A stretch of 64,000 nucleotides of DNA from Patescibacteria group bacterium (GCA_965660445.1 CBFIAK010000001.1:480001-544000), one strand, 5' to 3'. Shown: positions 1-9,243, numbered from the stretch's first letter. Numbers and translations are program-made. The notes: generated by a model not told the origin, from the sequence alone.

Positions 1-927
1 AGTGTTGGGAAATCGTGGAGAGAATCTTCTCCATCTGATCTTATTCGAGATGGGGCGTCTTCAGCACTTCTTTCAGCAACATTATCTAATAATGACTTGT
101 ACACAATAAGTGTTCAAGAGAGGTCTCGTCAGTTTTATAAAAATGAAAAAAAAATTCCGCTCCATCGTTATTTTGGAGGGATTGCAACCTTATTGTTTGT
201 GCCTGAGTACTTACATTTATTAACAGGAAGTCGAAGTAATAGAGTTCGTTTTTTTGATCGGTTTTGTTTACAGTTGTCATCAGAGTTTCGTGATGTTATG
301 GCCCGTTTTAATAAAGCTATTCGTCAAAAGAATGCCGTATTAAAAGACGAACGTTTTATGGGAGATTCAGAAGAATTACGTCATTTGTTGCACCCATGGA
401 ATGTTATTTTGAGTGAGACCATCCCAGAAATTATTCGTTATAGGAAAGATATGCTTGAGTCTCTTAATCCGTTTATGTCGGCACAAATGAAAAATATATC
501 TGGTAATAATGAAGAAGTTTTTATTCATCTCACGCACAAAGAGGTTTACGAACCAACAAAAGAAGGGGTTGCTTCTTTTTTTGAAGAACAACATTATAAA
601 GAAGTATCTGCACGTCGAGCTTTAATTGGGGCACACTTAGATGATTTTTCATTTTTTTTACGAGATAAACCATTATCGAGTAGTGCGAGTCGTGGTGAAG
701 AACGTTCTGTTTTGTTATCGCTTCTTTCGGCACAAAAAACAATGATGCAATCGCAATATGACAAAGAAATTATTTTATTATTAGATGATGTCTTTTCAGA
801 GCTCGATCAGTCTCGTCAGGATTATTTAGAACATTTGTGTCAAGAATCTCAAATATTTTTTACGACAACCCATACAGATCATTTTAAGAATTTTCGAGCT
901 CCAACAGAAATGTATGAAATAGTGTAA
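1..927 (+). CDS. recF: DNA replication/repair protein RecF (5' truncated by window edge)
   Basis: Frame open from base 1; RVRFFDR motif, G-A-H-L-D-D (GPHRDD-like), ABC signature SRGEER, Walker B ILLLDDVFSELD, IFFTTT. Confidence 0.9.
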   Translation, partial: SVGKSWRESSPSDLIRDGASSALLSATLSNNDLYTISVQERSRQFYKNEKKIPLHRYFGGIATLLFVPEYLHLLTGSRSNRVRFFDRFCLQLSSEFRDVMARFNKAIRQKNAVLKDERFMGDSEELRHLLHPWNVILSETIPEIIRYRKDMLESLNPFMSAQMKNISGNNEEVFIHLTHKEVYEPTKEGVASFFEEQHYKEVSARRALIGAHLDDFSFFLRDKPLSSSASRGEERSVLLSLLSAQKTMMQSQYDKEIILLLDDVFSELDQSRQDYLEHLCQESQIFFTTTHTDHFKNFRAPTEMYEIV

Positions 928-1011
928 AGACATGATAAATCAAGATGATTTCGTTGACGAAAGAAAAGGAAGTCCTTATAAAGGGCATGTCTCTTTAAAT
1001 ATTTATATATT

Positions 1012-1335
1012 ATGATTAAAAACATATTTTCACGTTCAGAATCGTGTTCGAAACTTCATTGGTTTTTTGTTGTCTGGAGTATTATTGGATTGGCTTATAT
1101 CGTTACGGATATAAAGATGACGCTTGAGGATAAACAGACATGGACGCAACAAGCGTATAATGAAGGAATCCGTGCGGGAGTGCTCGACCTTGTAACTCAA
1201 GCAATGGATTTAGCTGACCAATGTGAAATTGTGCCTCTTGTGATGCAAGAAAAACAAGTAAATCTTATGAATGTTGATTGTTTAAATGACGATTCAGCAG
1301 AAATAGAAACAAGCGAAGTTCTTCCTCAAGAATAA
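1012..1335 (+). CDS. hypothetical protein with one N-terminal TM helix
   Basis: 107-aa ORF, hydrophobic WFFVVWSIIGLAYIV, upstream TTGACG...TATAAA promoter-like sequence. Confidence 0.7.
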   Translation: MIKNIFSRSESCSKLHWFFVVWSIIGLAYIVTDIKMTLEDKQTWTQQAYNEGIRAGVLDLVTQAMDLADQCEIVPLVMQEKQVNLMNVDCLNDDSAEIETSEVLPQE

Positions 1336-1463
1336 TATAAAAATATAAAATATCACATTGTCACTATAAAAAGACAATAAAAATTCGCGCATATATTGTT
1401 CACTCACTACAATAAAAAATGAAAAATAAATTATTTTTCATTTTTTATTATTTATGCTTTCCT

Positions 1464-1865
1464 ATGCGTATTGTGCTGCAAAACGAAATCTTACGAAAAG
1501 CAAGTAAACGAGGACTTATGGCTGCCTTTTTATTGCTTATCGCACAGGTGGTGCCGTATATTGAAAAATTTCAACTGCTTTCGTACTTACAGGTGCCGAT
1601 AACTGAAGATGTACAAAATGTATTACTCTATGGTCCAGATATTTTACGAATGGTTGGTTATTTACTCCTCTTGTATTGTTTTAGTGCTTTTATGTATAGT
1701 TTTAAGGTGTATGACGATGAAGATACTCGGGTTCCGCAATTAGCCCATAAAGCACGGAATCCCAATAAAGATATTAAGCAAGCTTTTGTTCAAGCACAGA
1801 CGCCACAGGAGCTATCACTTGATGATGAGGAAGAGAAAGATGCCCCAGGTGAAAAAAAGAAATAG
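1464..1865 (+). CDS. hypothetical membrane protein (2 TM, charged tail)
   Basis: ORF track 1419..1865; ATG at 1464 preferred; two hydrophobic segments and an acidic/basic C-terminus. Confidence 0.65.
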   Translation: MRIVLQNEILRKASKRGLMAAFLLLIAQVVPYIEKFQLLSYLQVPITEDVQNVLLYGPDILRMVGYLLLLYCFSAFMYSFKVYDDEDTRVPQLAHKARNPNKDIKQAFVQAQTPQELSLDDEEEKDAPGEKKK

Positions 1866-2409
1866 TGTTGTGATGGGGGAGTACTGCAAAAACTGACTGG
1901 AGAATAATCCGAAACCAAATAGTGTATTGATCGGGGTTTTGGGTGATATCTTGTATCAGTGTTTCAAGTGAGACCCATCGATAATCTTCTACCTCTTGCG
2001 GATGAGGAGTGAATTTTGGTTGTGTATTGTACCCCACAAAAACATGATCAAACTCATATTCAGTAAGTCCATTCTCAAATTCTGATTTATAGATAAATGA
2101 AAAAAGAGGTTTTAATGAAGCCTGTATCCCCATTTCTTCTTGCAGTCTTTTTTCAGCAGAGGTGGTCATATTTTCATATGGTTGGGGATGTGAACAACAA
2201 GTGTTGGTCCACAGTCCTCCACAGTGGTATTTTTCAGATGCTCGTTTATGAATTAAGAGTTCATTTTTTTCATTCAACAAAAAAACAGAAAAACATCGAT
2301 GAAGGAGTCCTTTTTGATGGGCTTCAAGTTTCTCCATAGTTCCTATTTGTGTGTCGTGGGTATCTACTAAGATAACGTGTGGACGCAGGGTAGAAGCAAG
2401 AAGTGTCAT
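1774..2409 (-). CDS. idi: isopentenyl-diphosphate delta-isomerase type 1 (Nudix fold)
   Basis: EKLEAH..G.LHR.FSVF, WTNTCCSHP, RLQEEMGI, E.EFDHVF, YTIWF motifs. Confidence 0.93.
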   Translation of the reverse strand: MTLLASTLRPHVILVDTHDTQIGTMEKLEAHQKGLLHRCFSVFLLNEKNELLIHKRASEKYHCGGLWTNTCCSHPQPYENMTTSAEKRLQEEMGIQASLKPLFSFIYKSEFENGLTEYEFDHVFVGYNTQPKFTPHPQEVEDYRWVSLETLIQDITQNPDQYTIWFRIILQSVFAVLPHHNTISFFHLGHLSLPHHQVIAPVASVLEQKLA

Positions 2410-2415
2410 GTGGTC

Positions 2416-4038
2416 TTAGATATGTTTTATATCAGGAATAGTATGAAACTGAGAAAGAAGTGTCTTTATTTCAAATGTTAAGAGTGATAACTCATTTTCT
2501 TGTATTGGATTATCAGATTCTTCTACCATTTGTAGTGCGATAAGTCGAGCAACGATTTGCCCAAGGATTTGTCGTTTTCTTTGAGAAAGGTTTCCATCGA
2601 TATGAAAGTTGAGATCATCATAAAAATTGGTTATTCCCTGTTGAGTTTCTTTCAAGGTTGCTAAATAATCACTTAAAGGTGCTTGTTCTCGACGCATATT
2701 GCGAATTAATGCTTCTGTTATCTGAGAATATAAAATATCATTTGGACCTTCAAATATCTGAAATGGTCGTGAATCAGCAGTTGCTTTGCTTGCTCGGCTG
2801 TGTTTTTCGTATCCATGACTTCCCATGAGTTGTTGAAACGATTGTGCAGATTCTTGCATATAATCAGTCATAAGCGCTTTCATGCTATTGGCAAGAATAA
2901 GAGAATCGGATAAGTCTTGAGAGAGATCAATATTTTTTCCTAAAAATGTACAAATATCATCACATAGAGCACTCCATGTTTGCAGTTGTGCTACTCGGAA
3001 TTCAGCTTGATCATAAGAAAGCAATGGTTTGTCTTGTATCATTCTTTTTTGCGTGTGTGCCAAGGCTTCTTCATAGTTTCGTTGCAAAAATCCTTGAGCC
3101 ATCCCTGGAAATTGTAATCGACTTGTACAGAGCATATTAAGCAGCATTCGTAACCCTTTTCGGTCTTCAGTTTCGAGTTTGTTTTCAGCGGGAACAGTAA
3201 TATCAATTTCATTTTTTCCGTATGGAATCATCCAAAGTCCTTGTGTTTCATATGGAGTTGTGCGTATGTTTTTATCTTCGTTTTTATGTAAGAAAAAATG
3301 AAGAGAACTTCCAAGTGATGCGTCATCTCTTTTTTCTCGAGCTGCAATAATCCACCAATCGGTATCTTCACTTGAAAGTCCTTGCCAGTGTTTTGTTCCT
3401 TGAATATTGACCCCTTCGGGAGTATTTTCAAATGATGTTTGCATATGAAATGCATCAGATCCAAAATCAGGTTCAGTAATTGCAAAAGCACTTGTTTTCC
3501 CTTGGGCAATATCATCAAGAAATTCTTTTTTTATGTCTTCTTGTGCATATTTTTTTACAGGATCAATGCATAAGCCTCCCACAATACCAACCATAAGAGA
3601 AAGGGGAAGTGAGTGATATGATGCTTTTGACAACAATTTTAAGTTTTCTTCCATATTGGAAGGTCTTCCTCCATGAGATTCTGGAAGATAGGTTAAAAGA
3701 GCTCCATTACGAACCAAATGTTCCCATGTTTCGCGAGAGAGAGGGGATTTGTGAATATCACTTTTTTCATCCGAAAAGAGTTTTTCAACGGTTTCAGAGA
3801 AATGATTAAGATAGGTTTCTTGGTCACATGTCTGAAGATTTGGAACCACTGATTCAACAGACGATTGTGTTTCTTTTTGAATTTCAGCGATCGATTTATC
3901 ATGAGAGTTTTCAAACTCAAATTGGTTTTTATCACTTTGTGCGTCATATGCTATTTGTAGTTTTCGTTCGTCTCCAAACTCTAAATCGCTCTTATCGTTT
4001 TGTGCTTCAAAACTCTTATGCATCATAGTAAAAACCAA
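2416..4038 (-). CDS. acyl-CoA dehydrogenase family protein with N-terminal extension
   Basis: AFAITEPDFGSDA, GTKHWQG, QLMGSHGY, FQIFEGPNDIL (catalytic Glu); exact start uncertain (4038/4026/4023). Confidence 0.88.
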   Translation of the reverse strand: MVFTMMHKSFEAQNDKSDLEFGDERKLQIAYDAQSDKNQFEFENSHDKSIAEIQKETQSSVESVVPNLQTCDQETYLNHFSETVEKLFSDEKSDIHKSPLSRETWEHLVRNGALLTYLPESHGGRPSNMEENLKLLSKASYHSLPLSLMVGIVGGLCIDPVKKYAQEDIKKEFLDDIAQGKTSAFAITEPDFGSDAFHMQTSFENTPEGVNIQGTKHWQGLSSEDTDWWIIAAREKRDDASLGSSLHFFLHKNEDKNIRTTPYETQGLWMIPYGKNEIDITVPAENKLETEDRKGLRMLLNMLCTSRLQFPGMAQGFLQRNYEEALAHTQKRMIQDKPLLSYDQAEFRVAQLQTWSALCDDICTFLGKNIDLSQDLSDSLILANSMKALMTDYMQESAQSFQQLMGSHGYEKHSRASKATADSRPFQIFEGPNDILYSQITEALIRNMRREQAPLSDYLATLKETQQGITNFYDDLNFHIDGNLSQRKRQILGQIVARLIALQMVEESDNPIQENELSLLTFEIKTLLSQFHTIPDIKHI

Positions 4039-4100
4039 TCATAAAAATAAGCTTGCTTATGGTATAACAAAATAAAAAAAGTGCAAGTGATTCTTTTTCT

Positions 4101-4499
4101 TTATTGATTCTCTATCGATGAAATACTTATACGGCTATTTTCTCCGGGGGTCAGTGAATATATGTGTGTTGGAATGAATACAAGAAGACCTTTTAAGTAT
4201 CTATCTGGGTGGAGTTCTTTTACTATTTGGGTGGCTTCTTCGAAATCTTTGCCTGTTGTGCAATATTCGATAGTGCCTTTGAGCTGATAGCCTTCTAGAT
4301 CATGCCAACACGACAAACTCACTTCATTGTTGTGAAGTATGTTATCAGTTGTTTTTTCCATAAAATAATCAAATAACCATATACAGGTTTCAAATACTTT
4401 AATAGTGGAGACAGGAGCCACATTGATACCATGTGGCCCGTATGTCCCAAGTGCTTTAGCATCACACTGTCGAATGAATTCACAGAGTAAATCGTTCAT
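4101..4499 (-). CDS. pyridoxamine 5'-phosphate oxidase-like FMN-binding protein
   Basis: ALGT...NVAPV, DYFMEKT..NI..N..VSL..W, GYQLKG, IYSLTPG. Confidence 0.8.
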   Translation of the reverse strand: MNDLLCEFIRQCDAKALGTYGPHGINVAPVSTIKVFETCIWLFDYFMEKTTDNILHNNEVSLSCWHDLEGYQLKGTIEYCTTGKDFEEATQIVKELHPDRYLKGLLVFIPTHIYSLTPGENSRISISSIENQ

Positions 4500-4517
4500 A
4501 TGTTTTTTAGAATAAGT

Positions 4518-6200
4518 TTATGCTTGGCAAGCTGTACATTCGTTGAACGGATTTTTCTTTCGTCCAAACTGTTGAGCGGCATTAACACTGTGTTGGTAAT
4601 AAAGTGTTTTTATACCCATATTCCATGCATGTAAATAAAGCTCGTTTATGAATTTTACAGGAATATCTGGATTTATAGCGAGATTTAAAGATTGCCCTTG
4701 ATCAATGTATTTCTGACGAATAGCTGCCTGATCAATAAGCATTTTCTGGTTGATTTCTTGGAATGTCTTGAAAACATTCTTTTCTTCTTCTGAGAGGAAA
4801 TCAAGTTGTTGCACAGACCCATCATGGTCTCGAATATTTTTCCATACTTCTTTTGTATCATGTCCTTTTTCTTGAAGGAGTTTTTGAAGATATTTATTTT
4901 TAATCGTTACTTTTATTTTATCAATATCTTTCACATAACAGTTCGACCAAACGGGTTCAATACTTTGTGATACTTGTCCTAAAATAAAAGCGGATGATGT
5001 TGTTGGAGCAACAGCCATAAGGGTTGCATTTCGTCGGCCATACCCTTTGAGTACTTCGGGTTCTCCGTATTCTTTTGCCATTTTTTCAGATGCTTTATAC
5101 GCTTCTTTTTGAATGTATTGAAAAATTTCTACATTCAGTTTTGAAGCGTCTTTTGATTCAATCGGAATCATTCGACTTTGCAGTAATGAGTGCCACCCCA
5201 GAACACCGATTCCAAGAGCTCGGTTGGCAAGAGCAAAGTTATACGCTCGTCGCATAAAATCAAATGATCGTTGTTTTCGTGGATCATCACTGTCTCGCAT
5301 AGCTTCAAGTCGTAGAATAAAATCACTCATAACCGCATCGAGGAAATACGCGAGTGTTTCAACCGCATCGGTATCTTTCCATTCTTCGTAGTGTAGAAGA
5401 TTGAGTGATGATAAATCACAGACGAATGACCAGTTTTCGTTTGTCGGAAGGAGTACTTCTGAACACAAGTTACTCGCATGAATTTTAAGATTTTTATCTT
5501 TATATACATCAACGGTATTATTGTTTACATTATCAGTAAACATAATATAGGGATACCCCATTTGGCTTCTTCGTTGAAGTACTTTTGCCCATATAGCTCG
5601 TTTCTTTTCGTCTCCATTGACCATGTCTTGGAGCCATTGGTCTGTAACAGTTACCGCATAGGTCATTTCTTGGATGGGGTTTCCTTCCGTTCCAATTTCG
5701 AGGAATTCATCAATATCAGCATGATCAAGTGGAAGATAAGGCGAAAAATGTCCTCGTCTTACAGATCCTTGACTCACTACATTTAAGAGCCCTTCAAAGA
5801 GTTGCATGAAGTGCACAGCCCCTGATGAGTGCCCATTATTTTTTATTTCGGCTCCTCGTGGTCGAAGATCTCCAAAGTATCCTGCTGTTCCTCCACCATA
5901 TTTGCTCATCATTCCAACTTCTGCTTGTGTATAGAGGATTTGTCCCATGTCGTCTCCTAGGTACGTTGAAAAGCAACTTATAGGAAGTCCTTTATCAAGA
6001 CCAAAGTTAGACCATACAGGAGAAGCCAGTGAATAATAACCTCGTGACATATAGTCATAAAATTTCTTCGCAAACCCTTTTTTATTTAAGAGTTTTTCGG
6101 CGTATTCAGCAATTTCTTGAATTCTCTCTTCGGGAGAGACACCTTTGTTAAGATATCCTTTTTCGAGAAATTTTCTCGAATGTTCGTTGAGCCATTCCAT
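4518..6200 (-). CDS. nrdA: class I ribonucleoside-diphosphate reductase alpha subunit (short, no ATP cone)
   Basis: PISCF, SNLCSE (thiyl Cys), VCDLSSLN, APTTSS, KTLYY, C-terminal CTACQ. Confidence 0.95.
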   Translation of the reverse strand: MEWLNEHSRKFLEKGYLNKGVSPEERIQEIAEYAEKLLNKKGFAKKFYDYMSRGYYSLASPVWSNFGLDKGLPISCFSTYLGDDMGQILYTQAEVGMMSKYGGGTAGYFGDLRPRGAEIKNNGHSSGAVHFMQLFEGLLNVVSQGSVRRGHFSPYLPLDHADIDEFLEIGTEGNPIQEMTYAVTVTDQWLQDMVNGDEKKRAIWAKVLQRRSQMGYPYIMFTDNVNNNTVDVYKDKNLKIHASNLCSEVLLPTNENWSFVCDLSSLNLLHYEEWKDTDAVETLAYFLDAVMSDFILRLEAMRDSDDPRKQRSFDFMRRAYNFALANRALGIGVLGWHSLLQSRMIPIESKDASKLNVEIFQYIQKEAYKASEKMAKEYGEPEVLKGYGRRNATLMAVAPTTSSAFILGQVSQSIEPVWSNCYVKDIDKIKVTIKNKYLQKLLQEKGHDTKEVWKNIRDHDGSVQQLDFLSEEEKNVFKTFQEINQKMLIDQAAIRQKYIDQGQSLNLAINPDIPVKFINELYLHAWNMGIKTLYYQHSVNAAQQFGRKKNPFNECTACQA

Positions 6201-6239
6201 GGGGATTAAAGAGTTAAAAAATATAAAAATAAAAGAGGG

Positions 6240-7529
6240 TTAAAACAAGTCATCACCAGTAATGCTTTGACTTCGTTTATTATAGTTGATAGACCGTTTG
6301 ACAAAGAAGTCTCCGTGTTTAGTGGCTACAATTTCTTCGTCGAACCATTCTGTTTGTTCAATAAGACTGTGGTCTATATCAAAAACTGGCTTAATACCGA
6401 TACTTTGAAGTGAGTTATTGAGTCGATTTTTTATAAATTCAAGGATTACTTTTTTTGGAAGGAATGAAAGTTCTCCTTTTTCGAGTATCCAGTCGAGAAC
6501 GAGTTTTTCTCCTTCATAAGCTGCCTTGCAAGCCGTAATGATGCTTTGATTGTAGTCGTCATCAAACCATGCAGGATTTTCTTTTTTAATAATATTGATA
6601 AGCTCAATACCAAAAAGTCCGTGGATTTCTTCTTCTTTCGATGTTGCTTCAACCGCATTAGAAATTCCTTTGAAAAGATTTTTATGTTTATTAAATGCCA
6701 TCATAATAAGAAACTGTGAAAACAGTGATACATGTTCAATAAACAATGAGAAAAGAAGAACCGATTTTGCGTATTCTTGGTTACTCTCACTATTTGATGT
6801 TTCAATGGCCGCTTCAAGGTATTTTACACGTTCAGAAAGTGCAGGAATTGTGTTTATTTTGCTGAACTCTTCATTCAGTCCGAGTATTTCTAAAAGGTGA
6901 GAATAGGCGTCCATATGTCGAACTTCACTTTCTGCAAAAGTGAACCCAACAGCTGCAATTTCTGGTTTCGGCATTTTTTTATAAATATTTCCCCAGAATG
7001 TTTTAACCGCTACTTCAATTTGAGCGATGGCAATCATGGAATGCTTGATAGCACTTCGTTCTACTTCATTTACGTTGACTTTGAAGTCTTGTATGTCACT
7101 TGTGTAGTTAAATTCTGTGTGCACCCAGTAAGAATGACGAATCGCATTCACATATTCATAGAGCTCTGGATATTCATACGGTTTTAGATTTCTTCGTTTT
7201 CGAAACAAGTTACGAACTCGAAGTTCTTTGTGTTTTTCTCGGTAGAGAATATAGGCTTTTGCAACGGTATGAAATTTTGTTGCCATAAGAGCTTCTTCTA
7301 CCAAATCTTGAATTTCTTCAACGGACAGTCCTTTTGATCCATTTTTAAGAATCCGAGCATTTTTCTTGTAAAGGGTTAGTGCTTTTTGGGCTACTTTTTC
7401 GGCATCTTCTTTAGAACCTTCCCCAGTAGCATTCATGGCTTTTAAAATCGCATGAGTTATTTTATCGAGAGTGAAAGACTGTACGTTTCCATCTCGTTTT
7501 TCTACGAACATGTTGTGTGTTTCAGACAT
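6240..7529 (-). CDS. nrdB: class I ribonucleotide reductase beta subunit with N-terminal ATP cone
   Basis: ATG 7529; VEKRDG...KI..AI.KA...VEEIQD.VE..L..AKAYILYR ATP cone, then ferritin-like QIEVAVKTFW, ESEVRH.DAY, IEHVSLFSQF, EEEIH, DFF..RS.NY. Confidence 0.95.
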   Translation of the reverse strand: MSETHNMFVEKRDGNVQSFTLDKITHAILKAMNATGEGSKEDAEKVAQKALTLYKKNARILKNGSKGLSVEEIQDLVEEALMATKFHTVAKAYILYREKHKELRVRNLFRKRRNLKPYEYPELYEYVNAIRHSYWVHTEFNYTSDIQDFKVNVNEVERSAIKHSMIAIAQIEVAVKTFWGNIYKKMPKPEIAAVGFTFAESEVRHMDAYSHLLEILGLNEEFSKINTIPALSERVKYLEAAIETSNSESNQEYAKSVLLFSLFIEHVSLFSQFLIMMAFNKHKNLFKGISNAVEATSKEEEIHGLFGIELINIIKKENPAWFDDDYNQSIITACKAAYEGEKLVLDWILEKGELSFLPKKVILEFIKNRLNNSLQSIGIKPVFDIDHSLIEQTEWFDEEIVATKHGDFFVKRSINYNKRSQSITGDDLF

Positions 7530-7602
7530 ATGAACGAAAATAAGTGTTAAAAAATAAAGGAAAAAACAACGTGCATTGAGTATACGATAAAAAATATTAA
7601 AG

Positions 7603-7651
7603 GTACAATATATTGGTGTAAAAAATGTTGAGGTAATACTACATATAGTGT
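7603..7651. promoter_or_regulatory. tandem NrdR boxes upstream of nrdBA
   Basis: gtaCAATATATTGgtg (7603-7618) and ataCTACATATAGtgt (7636-7651) match the acaCwAtATaTwGtgt consensus, 33 bp apart. Confidence 0.8.
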
Positions 7652-7920
7652 TTTTTAGTATTTTTGGTATTTTTATAGAGGTGTAAAAAAGAAAGATATA
7701 GAATGAAAAAAAAATATCTTTGAGCAATATTTTTGTTCTAAAAGGAGAATGTTTTTTTATGTAAAATCGTCTATTGAGTATGTGGTCTTATTTTTTTATT
7801 TCTCTCTATTGATTTGGTTTTGTGTTTTGCGTATGAAAGACAGAAGAAACTGTATTTTTCGGTTTTGGGATAATCGTCAGTGGGGGGAAGAAACCAAAAG
7901 ATATGCAATAAAGGAGTGGG

Positions 7921-7980
7921 TTGACTGATTTTAAAGGTGTTGTTATAAGTGAATTAGTTCTTTGAATGTTCGGTATTTAA
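7921..7980 (+). promoter_or_regulatory. sigma70 promoter plus boxA-like leader (copy 1)
   Basis: TTGACT-17bp-TATAAG with upstream TG, then gaatTAGTTCTTTGAATGTTCGGTATTTAA. Confidence 0.65.
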
Positions 7981-8009
7981 GTTTTTTTCAACCAAAAAAA
8001 GGAAGTCGT

Positions 8010-8243
8010 ATGAAACGATTTAAAGCATTAAAATCAGTATCAGGATTAGTAGATTTGGGTTGTTCAGGTATTACAATACCAGTTCCTTCATTAGTCGAAG
8101 GGAAGATTTATCCACAAGTTGAATCCGATTATTTTCTGGATGACGATCGGGTTCGTCGAGATATAAAAAATTACCTTGAAAGAGGTTTTATTGAAGAAAT
8201 GCCTTTGACGCCAGATAATGGAAAAATAATTGACAAATTGTAA
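8010..8243 (+). CDS. small hypothetical protein (77 aa)
   Basis: ATG 8010 preceded by AAAAAAAGGAAG SD and its own promoter. Confidence 0.65.
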   Translation: MKRFKALKSVSGLVDLGCSGITIPVPSLVEGKIYPQVESDYFLDDDRVRRDIKNYLERGFIEEMPLTPDNGKIIDKL

Positions 8244-8289
8244 AAATATTGTTAAACTGGAATCAGTTCTTTGAATGTTCGGTATTTAA
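8230..8289 (+). promoter_or_regulatory. sigma70 promoter plus boxA-like leader (copy 2)
   Basis: TTGACA-17bp-TAAACT with upstream TG, then gaatCAGTTCTTTGAATGTTCGGTATTTAA; 29/30 identical to 7951-7980. Confidence 0.7.
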
Positions 8290-8324
8290 AAATTTTTTTT
8301 CATATATAAAAAAAGGAGATTGCG

Positions 8325-8777
8325 ATGAAAATCAAAGTCATAACTCTTGCGATATTCTTATTCGCAGCGTTTTCTCAAGTGTTGGTATCGAAAGATGTAC
8401 AACAAATAAAAGTAGAGGATCTAAGTCAAGAAGATCAACGTATTATTCTTGATCGTTATCATTACATCACTGATGTGTTGTCACTTCATTTAAAAATGAA
8501 AAATAAAGGAGATGATTTAGAAAAACTAAATAATCTAAAACTAGAGGATCCAGAAAAAGCAACTTTGAAAGAGATGAGTGATTATTTTTATGTATTCACA
8601 AATCGTTATTTCGAAAACTATTATTCTGTAAAACCAGAAATGATAGTTGTCCAAATTAAGGATGTAGAAGTTGAATCATCAATTCAGGATTATGATTTCA
8701 ACGATCCTATTGGTAAATCTGCATCGTTTTCGGGTCATCATATACAAACGATTATTCGTATATTAAGCAAATCATAA
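8325..8777 (+). CDS. hypothetical secreted protein
   Basis: AAAAGGAG SD; signal-peptide-like MKIKVITLAIFLFAAFSQVLVS. Confidence 0.75.
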   Translation: MKIKVITLAIFLFAAFSQVLVSKDVQQIKVEDLSQEDQRIILDRYHYITDVLSLHLKMKNKGDDLEKLNNLKLEDPEKATLKEMSDYFYVFTNRYFENYYSVKPEMIVVQIKDVEVESSIQDYDFNDPIGKSASFSGHHIQTIIRILSKS

Positions 8778-8799
8778 ATACCAGAACCAAAGACATTTC

Positions 8800-8830
8800 A
8801 AAAGCCACTCATAACACAGTGGCTTTTTTT
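8800..8830 (+). terminator. intrinsic terminator (likely bidirectional)
   Basis: AAAAGCCACT-cataacac-AGTGGCTTTTTTT hairpin between convergent genes. Confidence 0.8.
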
Positions 8831-8840
8831 ATGGAGAAGG

Positions 8841-8864
8841 ATATTACTCGATTCTAGAATCGAG
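8841..8864. repeat. palindromic direct repeat, copy A
   Basis: ATATTACTCGATTCTAGAATCGAG; contains the perfect 18-bp palindrome CTCGATTCTAGAATCGAG; 23/24 identical to 9251-9274. Confidence 0.85.
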
Positions 8865-8895
8865 TTTTTGTCTTCGTCACAATCGCTTCATGTTT

Positions 8896-9243
8896 TCATT
8901 TTGAAAAACTATTAATAAGTCCAGAAAGAAGTTTAGAAACTTCTTCTAGATCAGATTTAAGGTGATTTAGGGTTTGGGAGTCAATAATATTTTCGTCGTG
9001 TACAATTTCTAAAAGAGAGGCACATTCAAATACTGAACCACGAGATATAACATAAAAATTTTTACGATCATTTTTAGAAAGTTTTCCTGTTCCTTCTGCA
9101 ATATTAATAACCATGCTTATAGAGGCACGATAAAGTTGATCGCGAAGAAAAGTGTGGATTTTCTTTTCTTGTACAATTTTTTGAATTTTTTTGTGAACTA
9201 TTCTTGCTTTTTGGTAAGCAATGAGTTTCTCAAAATCAAACAT
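8896..9243 (-). CDS. four helix bundle protein (23S rRNA IVS / TIGR02436-like family)
   Basis: ATG 9243; FEKL.AYQKA, DQL.RA..S...NIAEG, F..ISRGS..EC, K.LSGLI.S. Confidence 0.9.
   Translation of the reverse strand: MFDFEKLIAYQKARIVHKKIQKIVQEKKIHTFLRDQLYRASISMVINIAEGTGKLSKNDRKNFYVISRGSVFECASLLEIVHDENIIDSQTLNHLKSDLEEVSKLLSGLINSFSK

Noticed and set aside
7530-7727. 66-aa N-terminal extension of NrdB in the ORF track
   Set aside because: AT-rich promoter DNA containing the NrdR boxes; the ATP cone starts just after ATG 7529.
7749-7928. 59-aa ORF (MFFYVKSS...KEWVD) ending on the -35 of the first cassette promoter
   Set aside because: AGGAG is only 1 nt from the ATG, composition fits T-rich intergenic DNA, and there is no recognisable motif; could be a third unit but is unsupported.
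7951-8289. 30-bp direct repeats as a CRISPR array
   Set aside because: Only two copies, 309 bp apart and separated by a gene; no cas genes.
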